Virus record (IMG/VR): IMGVR_UViG_3300017585_000161
Span: 1-64,000 of that record
Length of the DNA: 64,000 nt
Direction: 5' to 3' (one strand)
DNA from: a virus
Taxonomy: Duplodnaviria > Caudoviricetes
Shown: positions 53,911-64,000 of the stretch, in pieces
Layout of the letters: the number at the start of each line of letters is the position of its first letter
Numbering within the stretch: the first letter of the stretch is position 1
Program-made: the position numbers and the translations under genes
The notes under the pieces: model-generated
The model's database searches: none
What the model was told of the DNA's origin: nothing
The model's input: only the letters and a program-made list of their open reading frames with translations

Positions 53911-56900
53911 ATGATACGTTCTGTATGTCATCTTTTTGATGCAAAATTAGACACACAAGTGGCACGAATGTTTGGTTGGAGTCCTGTAATGGGTGGTAAA
54001 GGCTGGAGTCCTCGTAAAATAACAGCGCTTAGGGGGTTATATGATCAATATCGGCAGGAAGAAGCGGAAAGAGGAAATGAAATCCCAGAATTGGATTACA
54101 GTAATCCCCTTGAGGTGTACAAAAAACTAAGTTCTTTTCGTAGCGTTATAAGAATGCAACATTACGCTCGACTCAAAAGTTCTGTAAAACATCCGGAAAG
54201 GGCATGGGACGCTTTGAAACATTCCTATTCTTTAGATGAGCGAAGTGAGGCAGTGTCACATATTTCGACTTTGTTTTCAGAAGAAGTGGACCGTCTTATG
54301 GGTGGCTTGTCTGGTGTTTCAAGAGAAGTGTTGATTAATGGATTTACTACAACGACTGGAGAGCATATTGGCGGTCAGTTTGCTATACTTGAGGGTGTTT
54401 ATAATACTGCTCTTGAGGAGAGACAACGGTACTTTGCTGAAATGCAGGAAAGCAACTATGAGAAAGCGTTTGAACAATATCAAAAAGATAAGAAGTTCAG
54501 CTGGGCAGGCGAGCCTATAATTGCTAAAGAGTATCAGGATCTCTGTCGGAGACGTTATGAAGCATATACTAAACTTCTTGAGAATTGGAACGAGCTTGCG
54601 CCCTTCGCGCTCAAGTCACTGACTTCTACGGAAGGAGTTAAAATAGGTCTTAGTAAAGAATATGCGACAGCAGCTTCTTCAGACAGTTTCGGAGAAAACG
54701 ACATCGCGGCTAAATGGGATATTTCCGAGTCAAAGAGAGACGGATGGCAAGAAAAATCAGATCTTACCTCAGCGTATGGTTCCGTAGGGAAACAAGTCAG
54801 AAGGCTTCTTTCCACTGTTCCTCAAATGGTGTCCATACCCTACTATAAAGATGGAATAGACAATAGTGGTAATCCAACTCCTGTATATGCAGGGGTAAAA
54901 ACTCAGTATGTTGTTGACTCCTTTGGTTATATGAAATTCATGGACCCCGTAAAGACTCATCAAGCTCTTCAGGAGATGATTGGGAAAGCAGCTGACTCTG
55001 AAGACATGTTAGCTATGCTCTGCTCTGATAAGGCGCATCAAACAGCTAAATTTGCATGGGCACAAGGCATTGTTAACGTTCTTAATGCTAACCCCCAAGC
55101 AAGAACTCAGTTTTTTGTTGATTTTCGCAAGAACTTCCAGCCTTATTCTGAAATGAAAGAAGATGCTTCATATTTTAAGAAGAAAGGACTCAAGAAATTT
55201 TTAACTATAATACTTAATAAGTCAAAAAACACTCTTCTGAAGAAATATGAGGTGTCCATGACTTCACATGGGAAACATCCGGGATGTTTGAAAATATGGC
55301 CTTTTGAGTGTATTTTTGATGAGGGGAAAAATGGTAAGCCGGGTGAGGTTAATTGGGAAAGACTGGCTGACCTTCGCAATAAAGTGTTGGAATGGACAGA
55401 TGAGGGAACATCTGCTCCAGGTGCCTTTGCAGGGTTAAAAACTTATGCTCATAGTTCTATGCTGGTTGATTTTAGTAAAAATAAGCAGAAAAGTTGGCGA
55501 GAAAAGCGTGAGTTCCTTCTTGAAGTTTTCGTGTCATTAGGCTTTGATGTGGAAGTTGATACTGTTGATGCTATCCTCAATTCTAATGATCTTTATAGAG
55601 TGCAGGATGAACTTGTGGACTTGTTCAATCCAGATGGAAAATATACAGGCATTCTGTATATGCTGAGTGGTCAGGAACATACCATGTTCAAGCACTTATG
55701 TAATCCGAAAGATGCTGAAGATAAAGCGAAAGCGCTTGAGTATCTTAATAATCACCGTGTTTCCTATAGAACGATATATAACAGGGATAAAGGTAAGGGG
55801 ACTGCTGTCAAAGATCATACTGAGAAACTTCTTAATATCATTTCCAAATATCAGGAGGGCTTCCGCGTTGAGTCAAGAGCGCGATATATGGATAACACTA
55901 TGTACTCGCATGTTGCTCCCAGTTACTTGGGGGATAGGCTTGAGACTATCCAGCGGTATGTGGATACTGATAACAAGCAGGGTCTTCTGCAATTTCTTAC
56001 TGAAGAATATTTGCAAGATCCCTTCTTTGTGTCTGATGATTATATAGAGTCTGGTGGAGAAAGAGGTAAGATATATAATACATGGCTTGCAGAGATGGTT
56101 CTTGCTTGTAATAACAGCAAGGTGCCGTTAAGGAACAGTGTGGCAAGCATCTTCTCCTATGAGCGGGATTTAGGAACTTCAGACAAGAAATTTGAAGACT
56201 TTACCTCTAAGGAACATGCTATTGATATGCTTGTGCACTTTTGGGCAGACGAGGAGCAGAACAAGTATTTTGGTGCGAAAAACTCTCGTGATCCACGAAA
56301 AAGGCTCTCTGCCTTATATCCCATATTTGTTCTTGGCGATGCAGGGGTTTCTAAATATATCAGAGCTCCTCGCGTAACTTCGGCGGTAGCCTACTCTAAA
56401 AGTGGTAATGTGATTGACCCTACCACTGATACAGAACCTGTGTCTCGAATAGGTTTTGATTTTGATGAAGCTGCTGAAAACAAGGTCATTGATGCTTTCT
56501 TTGACATCTATATTCAGGAAAAGCGCAGAATGGAAATTGATAAGGCTATGTCATATACCATGTACGCTAATGGCAAGCCTGTGGACAAGATGTCTGATAC
56601 TTTTTCTATTCTTACATTTCTGAATCCGGGCAGCAAGGAATATAGCAGTAAGTATCGCATTAATAAAGAAGATGAGTATAAGGCTGATAAGGTTAAGGCG
56701 GTTATCCGTGAATACCTTAATGATGTGACACTTAATGGAATTACTACAGATGAGGGTGTTAAGATTCCTTCTTTCAAGCAAAGACTGGAAAATCTCAAAG
56801 TTCTTGAGACTGTTGATATTAAGGTCACTAATGATAGAGGACAGGTCACTGGCACAAGAAAGGAGTATAAAAATGTTTCCTCACTTGCCAATCCGCAAAA

Positions 56901-59900
56901 TATTGACCGCAAGTTGAAGGAGTTTTACTGGAACACTAAATTGGCTACTGCTCAGCAGTTGCAGCTTATGACTATTGACCCTTCTTTCTATCACGGCACT
57001 AAGGACTTGCAGAAGCGCTATAAGGAAATTCATGCGCCTGGTGCTCTTCTTGACCTTAAAGCTCGCGATTGGGATGGTAATCTTTACAGTGAAGATGGCG
57101 TTGAGAGGTTTGCTTACTTTGATGACCTTTCTATAAATGCAGAAGAGTTTAATCCTGAGTTTATGGAAGTTATCCTTCGCACTTATGCTATACAAGATAG
57201 GGAAGATGTTGATGCTGAGATTAAAAACGGAATCATTAAGCCCCTTACTGGTAATGCGGAGAAAATGAGACAGGACAAGCTCAAATGGCTGCTTGGCAAG
57301 GACAATTATAAGTTATACAGCCAGTACACCGCCAACACGCTCACTGACGGTCAGGGCTATCGTACTCTTAGATCCTATAGAAAGGTTATGGGTATGGCAG
57401 GACGTTGGACTTCTGATATGGAGAACGCTTATAAGGTGATTGCATCTATTGAAGAGAAGCATACGGATGGTTCTGATCTCACAGCTGATGAGTTGCGTCA
57501 GATTTCAAGTTTCGCTGTTACTTTACAGCCTATTAAACCATATATGTTTACTCATGAGAAGTATTTGGTGAAAGTAGTCAAAAAGGATGCACAAGGTAAA
57601 GTGATAAGAGATGCTAATGGAAATCCTGTTACTATAGATGCCTATCGTAATATTCCTGTGCAGCATAAGTATGCTGAATCCCTTATTATTCCCGCATTGT
57701 TACCCAAGGGGAACAAACTTCGTGATCTGGCGCTTTGGATGGACAAGCATGATGTTGATTTGGTCGGCTCTACTAAAATAGCTAAAGTGGGATGTTTTGG
57801 ACAAGCTAATTTCAAATATAAGACAGATAGTTTGGGTCAGCTTCTCAATGAGGACAATGAAGTTATTTCTTTAAATGGCAAGCCATTGACTGTAAGGGAT
57901 AAAAACTGGAAAGATTATGCTGTCAAAGTTGCTCAAGACACAAATGGCTTTACAGATGCGCTCTCTCGATGTGTGGTTCATCAGGTGCCTTATAGAGACT
58001 ATCGTATTCAGAGTAACGTTCCTGAGCATATAAACACCTCACAGCTTTTCGGGACACAGGTGCGCAAACTTATAATGTCTGGAATAAGTATGATGGCGTT
58101 AAAGTCTGAGTATCTTCCTACTGATTTTATTAATCTTGATACAGGGGATGGACTCAACACGAAAAGTCCTTTAACAGGAAAAAACATTTTAGCTTTGTTC
58201 AACAGCCTTATTTGCGCTAACATTTGGGATTCTTATGAAAAATTTGCTTCTAATGTTTCTGACATTGAGAAACTGGCAGATCTTCTCAAGCAGTCAACCA
58301 TAGGCTCTTCCAGAGAAGCTATGGATAATTTGTTTTCCTATGTTGTTACTGGCTCTGAGGAAGACCTTAAAAAGTTCTTTATGCCCCTCTTTGAGGGGAG
58401 TCTTGAACATGATACAGCAGCGCTGATTCTCTCAGTATTTAAAAAGGTTGTCAACAAGCAGCAAATTAATGGCGGCTCCGCTGTGCAAGTGTCCGCTTTT
58501 GGCATCAATGGCTATGAAGAGGATGGGAATTTGAGGTATGTACAGGATCCCGATAATAACGCTAATATTCTTTATGCTGAGTGCGAAATGCCCTTTGACC
58601 TCTCTTTCACCATTGATGTGAAGGCTAAGGATGGCTCTACTGTCAAACAGAAATGCAGTCTTTCTTTTGAGAAATACTGTTTTGCTGATGCTGCTCATTA
58701 TGGAGAACTTATCCCTTCAGGTGAGCCTATAGCTAAAGACAGTCCCGAATATAAAAAGTATATGTCTTATACTTATAAGGAGGTTGATGGTCAGCTTGTT
58801 CCTTGTAAGCATACCGATCCGCAGGCACAAGTCTATAAGCCTCTTATTGAGCAAGACTATCCTGATCTGCTAAGCATAATTGCTTATCGTATCCCTACAG
58901 AACGTGACTATTCCATGATCAACCTTAAAATAAAAAGGTTCACCTCTAAAATAGCTGGAGGCACTTTAAAAGTTCCTCCACAGGGTACTACTATAGCAGG
59001 CTTTGACTTTGATATTGACAAGCTCTACTTTATGCGGCGTGAATACCACAAGCATTATAAGAACAGCAGTTTTATAGAGGAGAATTTTTCTGACAGTCAG
59101 AAAAATGAGATTTGGAAATCTTTTTATGATGAAAATCCAGAAATAAAAGGAGTGTTGGAACAAGCCAGGCATATTGCTGAAACGAGCCATCCAGCAGGAT
59201 TAATTAAATTTAATCACGGGCAGGTGGTACACCTTACTACACTCAACTCTTACTGGGAACAGGCTGATATTGAAAAAAAGTTTGGCAAAAATAAAAATGA
59301 CGCTTTTCGGGAGTCTGCACAGTCTCTTGGTGCAACTCCGACCGTTAATCAGAAAGAGGCTCCTTCTGGATGGATAGAGCAATATGATTTTAGCAAGCCG
59401 CCTGAGGAAAATACAAGAGCTGCGCGAAACAATTTGCTTATTTCCCTTATACAGGCAAGGCTTTCTGATCCTGAGACTGTAAGGCAACGCTATACTCCTG
59501 GCGGATTTCAGAACGCTTCTGATGCCGCAAGGTTTCATAGGGAATTAATGTTTGGAGATGTTTCAAATGTAGTTAGAGACGGTAAAGTCGATCTTAATGC
59601 CATTCAGGAGAATATTCAAAATGGAGCGCCTGACCCGGAGCCAAATTATGATGCTACTGATCCTTACACTATTCTTATTTACAATCAGCAGAATCAAGTA
59701 GCTGGAAAACTCATAGGAATATTTGCCAATCAGAACACTCATCATGCCTTTTGTTCCGCTATGGATGTCTTCGAGTTGAATGAAGCTATATCCTTTTGCG
59801 GACATAGCTTCAAGGATTTTCTGCATAAGGAAAATCCTGATGAGGCATATAGGGTTGATCTTAATATGGCGGAATTTCTTGCTGCTTCTGTTGATGCGGT

Positions 59901-62490
59901 CAAAGACCCTGTATTGAATTTCCTTAACCTTAACACACTTACGGCTGATGCGGGAGCTATGCTTGTGCGCCTGGGGTATAGTACTAAGGAAGTGGGGCTT
60001 CTTTTCAATCAGCCTATAATACATAAAATTTGCAGGGAGGCTTTTAATGCCAACAGTAGTTCTACAACAGCTCTTACATCAGCTATTAGCAATGCGAAAG
60101 AGGAGCTCAACAGTCATCTCGGTGCCGGTAATAGAGGTTCTGCGCCTGTATTGTCTGCTGAAAATCTTGCGCTAAGCATCATTAATAATCGTCTTGCACA
60201 GGAACAGGGAGGAGGCGCTGAAGATTTTATGGCTAATGACGCTGTTATGCAGAAGGCTGTCTTAGATTTATTTGAGCAAGTGGTTAAAGCTGCTGCTGAT
60301 GTGTCCGCCTTTGTCCTTAATACTAAGTTTACCGCTTCAAATTCCGTGAAATCTACGCTTGGAGGTTTGTATGCCCAACAGGAGAAAGTTGCCACATATC
60401 TTGATGATTTCCAAGAAGATACGGAAGGAGCAAGTACAAAGTATTGTAGAATGATTGTGGCTAAAGGGCTGAAGAAGGCAGGTCTTTTAGGCAGACCTAT
60501 TGATAATGACCGCAGTCTTATGGACTATACAAGACAGCAATATCTGCACCAAGTCAGGTATAATCCGTTCGCTTACGAGCAGTGTATGTTTGACTGTAAT
60601 AGGAAAGCGCTTTCTTTGTTGCAAAAATATTACCCCTATGACCGGCCTTTATATTCTAATGCAAGGCACTCACTGCAGGAATCAGCCTCCTATGGCTCTC
60701 TTACTGAAGATGAAATTAACAGCATCCATTCGGAAATTCTCGTATTTGCGCTTGCCTCGCAAACAAAATCTTTGTTTAACGGAGAAGCCGCTTATGAGAG
60801 AGATGGAGTAAAATATAATATAACAAATAGAGAATATTATAGGGAACATTTTGCTGAAGAAGCGTCATTAATGCTTTCTAAGTATCCAGAGCTTCAAAGA
60901 CTTGCGCTTTTTAAATACATAACGCCGCAGCTTATTGTTAAAGAGGTTCCTGATGGTCTGGGAGGCAAGAAGCCTATTGATACTTTTAAACTTTCTATAC
61001 AAGATGTTGGAGGGCTTGACTCAGAGGTTAAGGAGGATATTCGGGAGTCATGGGCTTCTTTAATGGAGGTTGATGATCATGGTTACCCTAAGAACTATGA
61101 GAAGTTCACTGTAGGTAGGGACTTATTTATGTATTGTTATTATCAAATGGGCTTTCAATTTTCTCCTATCTCATTCATGCATCTTGCGCCTACTCAAGTC
61201 AAGGACAACATTAAAGTTCCCCGTAACCATAGCTTGGAACCTAAGGCTTTTGATGTTGTTCATCCTCAGGGAGATGATGTTCTTGTATTCTCTCGTGATG
61301 ATGAGGAAATGCGTCTTATGGCGGATAACTTTGGAGCTGCCTACAATAATCCTAATATGTTTAGTGTTTTACACAATGAGTCTTTTTGCTGGCCTGAGAC
61401 TCTTTCAGTTAACGATGTAAGAAGTCTCTGTGAGGAGGCGCTCAGTCATCCTGAACTGAAATTTAAGATTGCCAAGACCCTCTCTTCAAGAGAGCTTGAG
61501 TTATTTAGCCAAAATGTTACAGGTCTAAGTGTTCCTTCTAACATATTCTTTAATCAGGAAACCCTGGAGAACATGTCTTTGGAGCAAAAGAAGGCTATGC
61601 ACTATGGGGAAAGCCGTTCTTATAGGCAATTTCTTTATGAAATTCTTAATGGTGAAAATATGGGAGTGCAAAACTCTCAGTTTGTAAAACAATATCTGCT
61701 TAACCATCTTGATAATACCAAGTGGACACTTAATGTTGACTGGATGCCTGAAGTCAAGAATTTTGTCCGTAAGCAACTTATTGGCAATAACTCTATTGTT
61801 GATCTTAAAACTGGAAATTATCGTGAGTATATCACTATTGATGTTAGTACTTTAAATGGTAAAAATGATACAGGCACACGTAATAGAATTGTCAGAATTG
61901 ATGAAAAAGATCATAAGGTGCGAAATGCTGTTTGGACTCCTGTCTTGAAAATAGGAGACCACTACTACATGGCAGATAATCCGGAGTCTTACACAGATTC
62001 TTCTGAAAACTCTTTCTATATGAACAAGTCTTATACTATGCGGTATCGCAGAATACTGCCGTTAGGCTCCACTAAGGCTATTTCTTATGAGGGTGATATG
62101 GGTCCTCAACAAATGTCTGCCTCTATGAGATATACAGTTAGTCTTGATACAGCTCCTTCTTTAGGAGCAGAGTCTTTTGATGACTATATGTCTAAGGAAT
62201 ATGACTTGGGAAATGCCGAAACAGTTTCTGATTCAGAACCTCCTTCTCAATATAAGGAAGGAGATGAATCTGCTGTCAGCAGACAAGAGATGGAAAATAG
62301 TATTTTACAGGAATTTGCAGCTGCTTATTTGCGTGCTAAAAAACCTTTTAATTATAAGGATTTCATATCACAAATGACAAAAGCGACTGACGAGAAGATT
62401 AAACTTATGCAAGAAGCTATTAAGAATGCTGTGCGTAAAGACGGTATTATGGTGTTGGATGAACATGGAAATCCAATGCAGGCGTGTTAA
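53911..62490 (+). CDS. crAss-like virion RNA polymerase (single chain, 2859 aa)
   Basis: Catalytic GFDFDIDK (DFDID at 59005-59019), YRIPT, TDGQGYR, STKIAKVG, DAVKDP motifs; start moved from the TTG at 53890. Confidence 0.92.
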   Translation: MIRSVCHLFDAKLDTQVARMFGWSPVMGGKGWSPRKITALRGLYDQYRQEEAERGNEIPELDYSNPLEVYKKLSSFRSVIRMQHYARLKSSVKHPERAWDALKHSYSLDERSEAVSHISTLFSEEVDRLMGGLSGVSREVLINGFTTTTGEHIGGQFAILEGVYNTALEERQRYFAEMQESNYEKAFEQYQKDKKFSWAGEPIIAKEYQDLCRRRYEAYTKLLENWNELAPFALKSLTSTEGVKIGLSKEYATAASSDSFGENDIAAKWDISESKRDGWQEKSDLTSAYGSVGKQVRRLLSTVPQMVSIPYYKDGIDNSGNPTPVYAGVKTQYVVDSFGYMKFMDPVKTHQALQEMIGKAADSEDMLAMLCSDKAHQTAKFAWAQGIVNVLNANPQARTQFFVDFRKNFQPYSEMKEDASYFKKKGLKKFLTIILNKSKNTLLKKYEVSMTSHGKHPGCLKIWPFECIFDEGKNGKPGEVNWERLADLRNKVLEWTDEGTSAPGAFAGLKTYAHSSMLVDFSKNKQKSWREKREFLLEVFVSLGFDVEVDTVDAILNSNDLYRVQDELVDLFNPDGKYTGILYMLSGQEHTMFKHLCNPKDAEDKAKALEYLNNHRVSYRTIYNRDKGKGTAVKDHTEKLLNIISKYQEGFRVESRARYMDNTMYSHVAPSYLGDRLETIQRYVDTDNKQGLLQFLTEEYLQDPFFVSDDYIESGGERGKIYNTWLAEMVLACNNSKVPLRNSVASIFSYERDLGTSDKKFEDFTSKEHAIDMLVHFWADEEQNKYFGAKNSRDPRKRLSALYPIFVLGDAGVSKYIRAPRVTSAVAYSKSGNVIDPTTDTEPVSRIGFDFDEAAENKVIDAFFDIYIQEKRRMEIDKAMSYTMYANGKPVDKMSDTFSILTFLNPGSKEYSSKYRINKEDEYKADKVKAVIREYLNDVTLNGITTDEGVKIPSFKQRLENLKVLETVDIKVTNDRGQVTGTRKEYKNVSSLANPQNIDRKLKEFYWNTKLATAQQLQLMTIDPSFYHGTKDLQKRYKEIHAPGALLDLKARDWDGNLYSEDGVERFAYFDDLSINAEEFNPEFMEVILRTYAIQDREDVDAEIKNGIIKPLTGNAEKMRQDKLKWLLGKDNYKLYSQYTANTLTDGQGYRTLRSYRKVMGMAGRWTSDMENAYKVIASIEEKHTDGSDLTADELRQISSFAVTLQPIKPYMFTHEKYLVKVVKKDAQGKVIRDANGNPVTIDAYRNIPVQHKYAESLIIPALLPKGNKLRDLALWMDKHDVDLVGSTKIAKVGCFGQANFKYKTDSLGQLLNEDNEVISLNGKPLTVRDKNWKDYAVKVAQDTNGFTDALSRCVVHQVPYRDYRIQSNVPEHINTSQLFGTQVRKLIMSGISMMALKSEYLPTDFINLDTGDGLNTKSPLTGKNILALFNSLICANIWDSYEKFASNVSDIEKLADLLKQSTIGSSREAMDNLFSYVVTGSEEDLKKFFMPLFEGSLEHDTAALILSVFKKVVNKQQINGGSAVQVSAFGINGYEEDGNLRYVQDPDNNANILYAECEMPFDLSFTIDVKAKDGSTVKQKCSLSFEKYCFADAAHYGELIPSGEPIAKDSPEYKKYMSYTYKEVDGQLVPCKHTDPQAQVYKPLIEQDYPDLLSIIAYRIPTERDYSMINLKIKRFTSKIAGGTLKVPPQGTTIAGFDFDIDKLYFMRREYHKHYKNSSFIEENFSDSQKNEIWKSFYDENPEIKGVLEQARHIAETSHPAGLIKFNHGQVVHLTTLNSYWEQADIEKKFGKNKNDAFRESAQSLGATPTVNQKEAPSGWIEQYDFSKPPEENTRAARNNLLISLIQARLSDPETVRQRYTPGGFQNASDAARFHRELMFGDVSNVVRDGKVDLNAIQENIQNGAPDPEPNYDATDPYTILIYNQQNQVAGKLIGIFANQNTHHAFCSAMDVFELNEAISFCGHSFKDFLHKENPDEAYRVDLNMAEFLAASVDAVKDPVLNFLNLNTLTADAGAMLVRLGYSTKEVGLLFNQPIIHKICREAFNANSSSTTALTSAISNAKEELNSHLGAGNRGSAPVLSAENLALSIINNRLAQEQGGGAEDFMANDAVMQKAVLDLFEQVVKAAADVSAFVLNTKFTASNSVKSTLGGLYAQQEKVATYLDDFQEDTEGASTKYCRMIVAKGLKKAGLLGRPIDNDRSLMDYTRQQYLHQVRYNPFAYEQCMFDCNRKALSLLQKYYPYDRPLYSNARHSLQESASYGSLTEDEINSIHSEILVFALASQTKSLFNGEAAYERDGVKYNITNREYYREHFAEEASLMLSKYPELQRLALFKYITPQLIVKEVPDGLGGKKPIDTFKLSIQDVGGLDSEVKEDIRESWASLMEVDDHGYPKNYEKFTVGRDLFMYCYYQMGFQFSPISFMHLAPTQVKDNIKVPRNHSLEPKAFDVVHPQGDDVLVFSRDDEEMRLMADNFGAAYNNPNMFSVLHNESFCWPETLSVNDVRSLCEEALSHPELKFKIAKTLSSRELELFSQNVTGLSVPSNIFFNQETLENMSLEQKKAMHYGESRSYRQFLYEILNGENMGVQNSQFVKQYLLNHLDNTKWTLNVDWMPEVKNFVRKQLIGNNSIVDLKTGNYREYITIDVSTLNGKNDTGTRNRIVRIDEKDHKVRNAVWTPVLKIGDHYYMADNPESYTDSSENSFYMNKSYTMRYRRILPLGSTKAISYEGDMGPQQMSASMRYTVSLDTAPSLGAESFDDYMSKEYDLGNAETVSDSEPPSQYKEGDESAVSRQEMENSILQEFAAAYLRAKKPFNYKDFISQMTKATDEKIKLMQEAIKNAVRKDGIMVLDEHGNPMQAC

Positions 62491-62519
62491 AATTAATATA
62501 GGATAACAAAACATATTAT

Positions 62520-64000
62520 ATGGGTGCATCATGTACTATTGGGGTGTATTGCAAAAACACCAAAGGTGAAGTGGTAGAAAGCAAACTGTTTAATGATTGC
62601 CTTCATTACACTGATAATGACAGAAGCCTGTCAAAAGAATATTATGGTATCGGAACGTCAGAAGAATGGCTCTCTCATGCGAGAGAGTCTTCTGACTTCC
62701 GTACTGATGAGAACGGTCAGATTACCCTTAATGCTTTAAGGAAAATCGCTAATTGGGATTTAGATACGGATAACCTCCTTAAAGTTCTCAACAGGGATAT
62801 TGGTGAAGGGGAATATTCTTATGATGTAGCGTTAAGGAAAATACAGGATTTTAGCGCTTCTGTAGAGTTTGAGGATAAAGCGATGGCAACTATGTCCTAT
62901 GTAGGAAAAGGTAAGTATCATGTTTCTGTAGTAGCTAAAAACAGAACTGTTCCAAACAGCAATGGGAAAAATGTAAAAACAGACAGTACACTTTCTGAAC
63001 AGAAGAAACTTTATGATACTGTAAGGAGTGCTGAAGTTGAAAAGGAGATCATTTCCATTCTTGAGAGACATGGAGTTTCTGCGAAGTTCTTGGATGATTC
63101 CCGGCCTGGCAGCAGATACTCTACTGAGGATGTTTCTAAGACTGAAAACGGACTCTGGGGTCTCATAGAGGTAAGTAATAAAGGCAATGTCACTGATTTG
63201 CTTGCTGAGGAAGCTGGACATTTTGCGGTAGGTGCGCTTGGAGACAATCCTTTGGTCAAACGTATGGAGACACTTCTGAAAGATGCTGCCGCGAGAGAGC
63301 AAGCGTTAGGCTCTGAAGAGTACAGAGAGGCGCAGCTTGGAGATAATCCTGCAAGAGAGACTGCCGGAAGACTTGTTGGAAAAGCCTTGCAGCGAAAAAT
63401 CTCTGGCAAGGCTAAACACCCCCTGTATGTTCTTGCGAACAGAGTGGCGAACCTTGCAAAAAGAATTTTCTATAACATTAAAGGGGATGAGTTAAAGTGG
63501 GGCATTGCTAAGGCGGAGCAGGTAGCCAATAAGATAGCTTATGGTTTTGCAAACGGCAGCAGTAAGTTTACAGTTGAAAATGCTTTGTCCTATCAGGAGA
63601 CTATGCATAATGCTGCGCTTTCATTCAATCAGCAGGTATATAGGGATGTGGCGGACAGCTTGGGCAGAGCGGTAACACAGTTGCAGGCTATATGCAAAGA
63701 TGATCTTGAAGGAAAGTTGGAAGCCTCTTTTGGAGAAATGGCGCTTGCGGCGCATGACTTTGCAAGTGGACAGTCCGTACTGCAAATGAATGGAGATGTC
63801 TTTGCTGACCAGTTGGCTTTCGATGGAATTGTGCAGGCGCTTGTGCAAATTTCGGAATATCTTGGTCCTGGTAAGGAATTAGACAGTCTGCTTTCGTCTG
63901 TTGATACTACTAAAGCTGATTTTTATGCGAATATGTCCAGATATGGCAGAAATCTTCGGCAAGCAAGAGTTTTTCTGACTAATGCTACCAATGCTGTTAA
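62520..64000 (+). CDS. N-terminal part of a second giant virion protein (runs off the window)
   Basis: Open from MGASCTIGVYCKN to the window end; zincin-like LLAEEAGHFAV segment. Confidence 0.75.
   Translation, partial: MGASCTIGVYCKNTKGEVVESKLFNDCLHYTDNDRSLSKEYYGIGTSEEWLSHARESSDFRTDENGQITLNALRKIANWDLDTDNLLKVLNRDIGEGEYSYDVALRKIQDFSASVEFEDKAMATMSYVGKGKYHVSVVAKNRTVPNSNGKNVKTDSTLSEQKKLYDTVRSAEVEKEIISILERHGVSAKFLDDSRPGSRYSTEDVSKTENGLWGLIEVSNKGNVTDLLAEEAGHFAVGALGDNPLVKRMETLLKDAAAREQALGSEEYREAQLGDNPARETAGRLVGKALQRKISGKAKHPLYVLANRVANLAKRIFYNIKGDELKWGIAKAEQVANKIAYGFANGSSKFTVENALSYQETMHNAALSFNQQVYRDVADSLGRAVTQLQAICKDDLEGKLEASFGEMALAAHDFASGQSVLQMNGDVFADQLAFDGIVQALVQISEYLGPGKELDSLLSSVDTTKADFYANMSRYGRNLRQARVFLTNATNAV

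Noticed and set aside
44996-62490. Inteins or group I introns in PolA or RNAP
   Set aside because: Both ORFs are continuous and of expected size, with no intein splice-junction or homing-endonuclease motifs noticed.
1-64000. Genome-wide stop-codon reassignment (TAG to Gln or TGA to Trp), known in some crAss-like phages
   Set aside because: Long genes (RNAP, PolA, 1014-aa protein) are open in code 11, all three stops terminate genes, and no suppressor tRNA was seen.
1-64000. CRISPR array, integrase/att sites, IS elements, DGR
   Set aside because: No repeat-spacer array, recombinase, transposase or reverse transcriptase motifs were found in the window.

Overview
This window is most of the left and central part of a crAss-like (Crassvirales-type) Bacteroidota phage genome. 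It uses the standard genetic code. Layout: (i) 1-4.1 kb, AT-rich accessory cassettes (TA-like pair, AAA ATPase, RepL-like gene with an iteron-like array); (ii) 4.1-19.5 kb, mostly minus-strand late genes (two-lysozyme-domain virion protein, GroES-like, HU-like, a frameshifted portal, a RhuM/Panacea accessory island, lysis genes); (iii) a strand switch at about 19.7 kb marked by a cluster of tri-loop hairpins; (iv) 19.9-28 kb, small AT-rich early-type genes with three paralogues, repeated structured intergenic motifs and a tRNA-Arg(CCT); (v) 28-53.8 kb, a GC-rich replication and nucleotide-metabolism module (SF2 and DnaB-like helicases, primase, PolA, UDG, dUTPase, ThyX); (vi) 53.9 kb onward, the giant virion RNA polymerase (DFDID motif) and the start of a second giant protein. 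The most interesting system is a five-gene cassette at 35.9-41.2 kb that looks like a complete phage-encoded ubiquitin-like conjugation cascade (Ubl precursor, E2-like, JAB peptidase, E1/ThiF, plus one coupled unknown gene). Several candidate structured RNAs are also present. Family assignments come from motif inspection and recall, not database searches. Many start codons were moved from the ORF track to more plausible ATGs.
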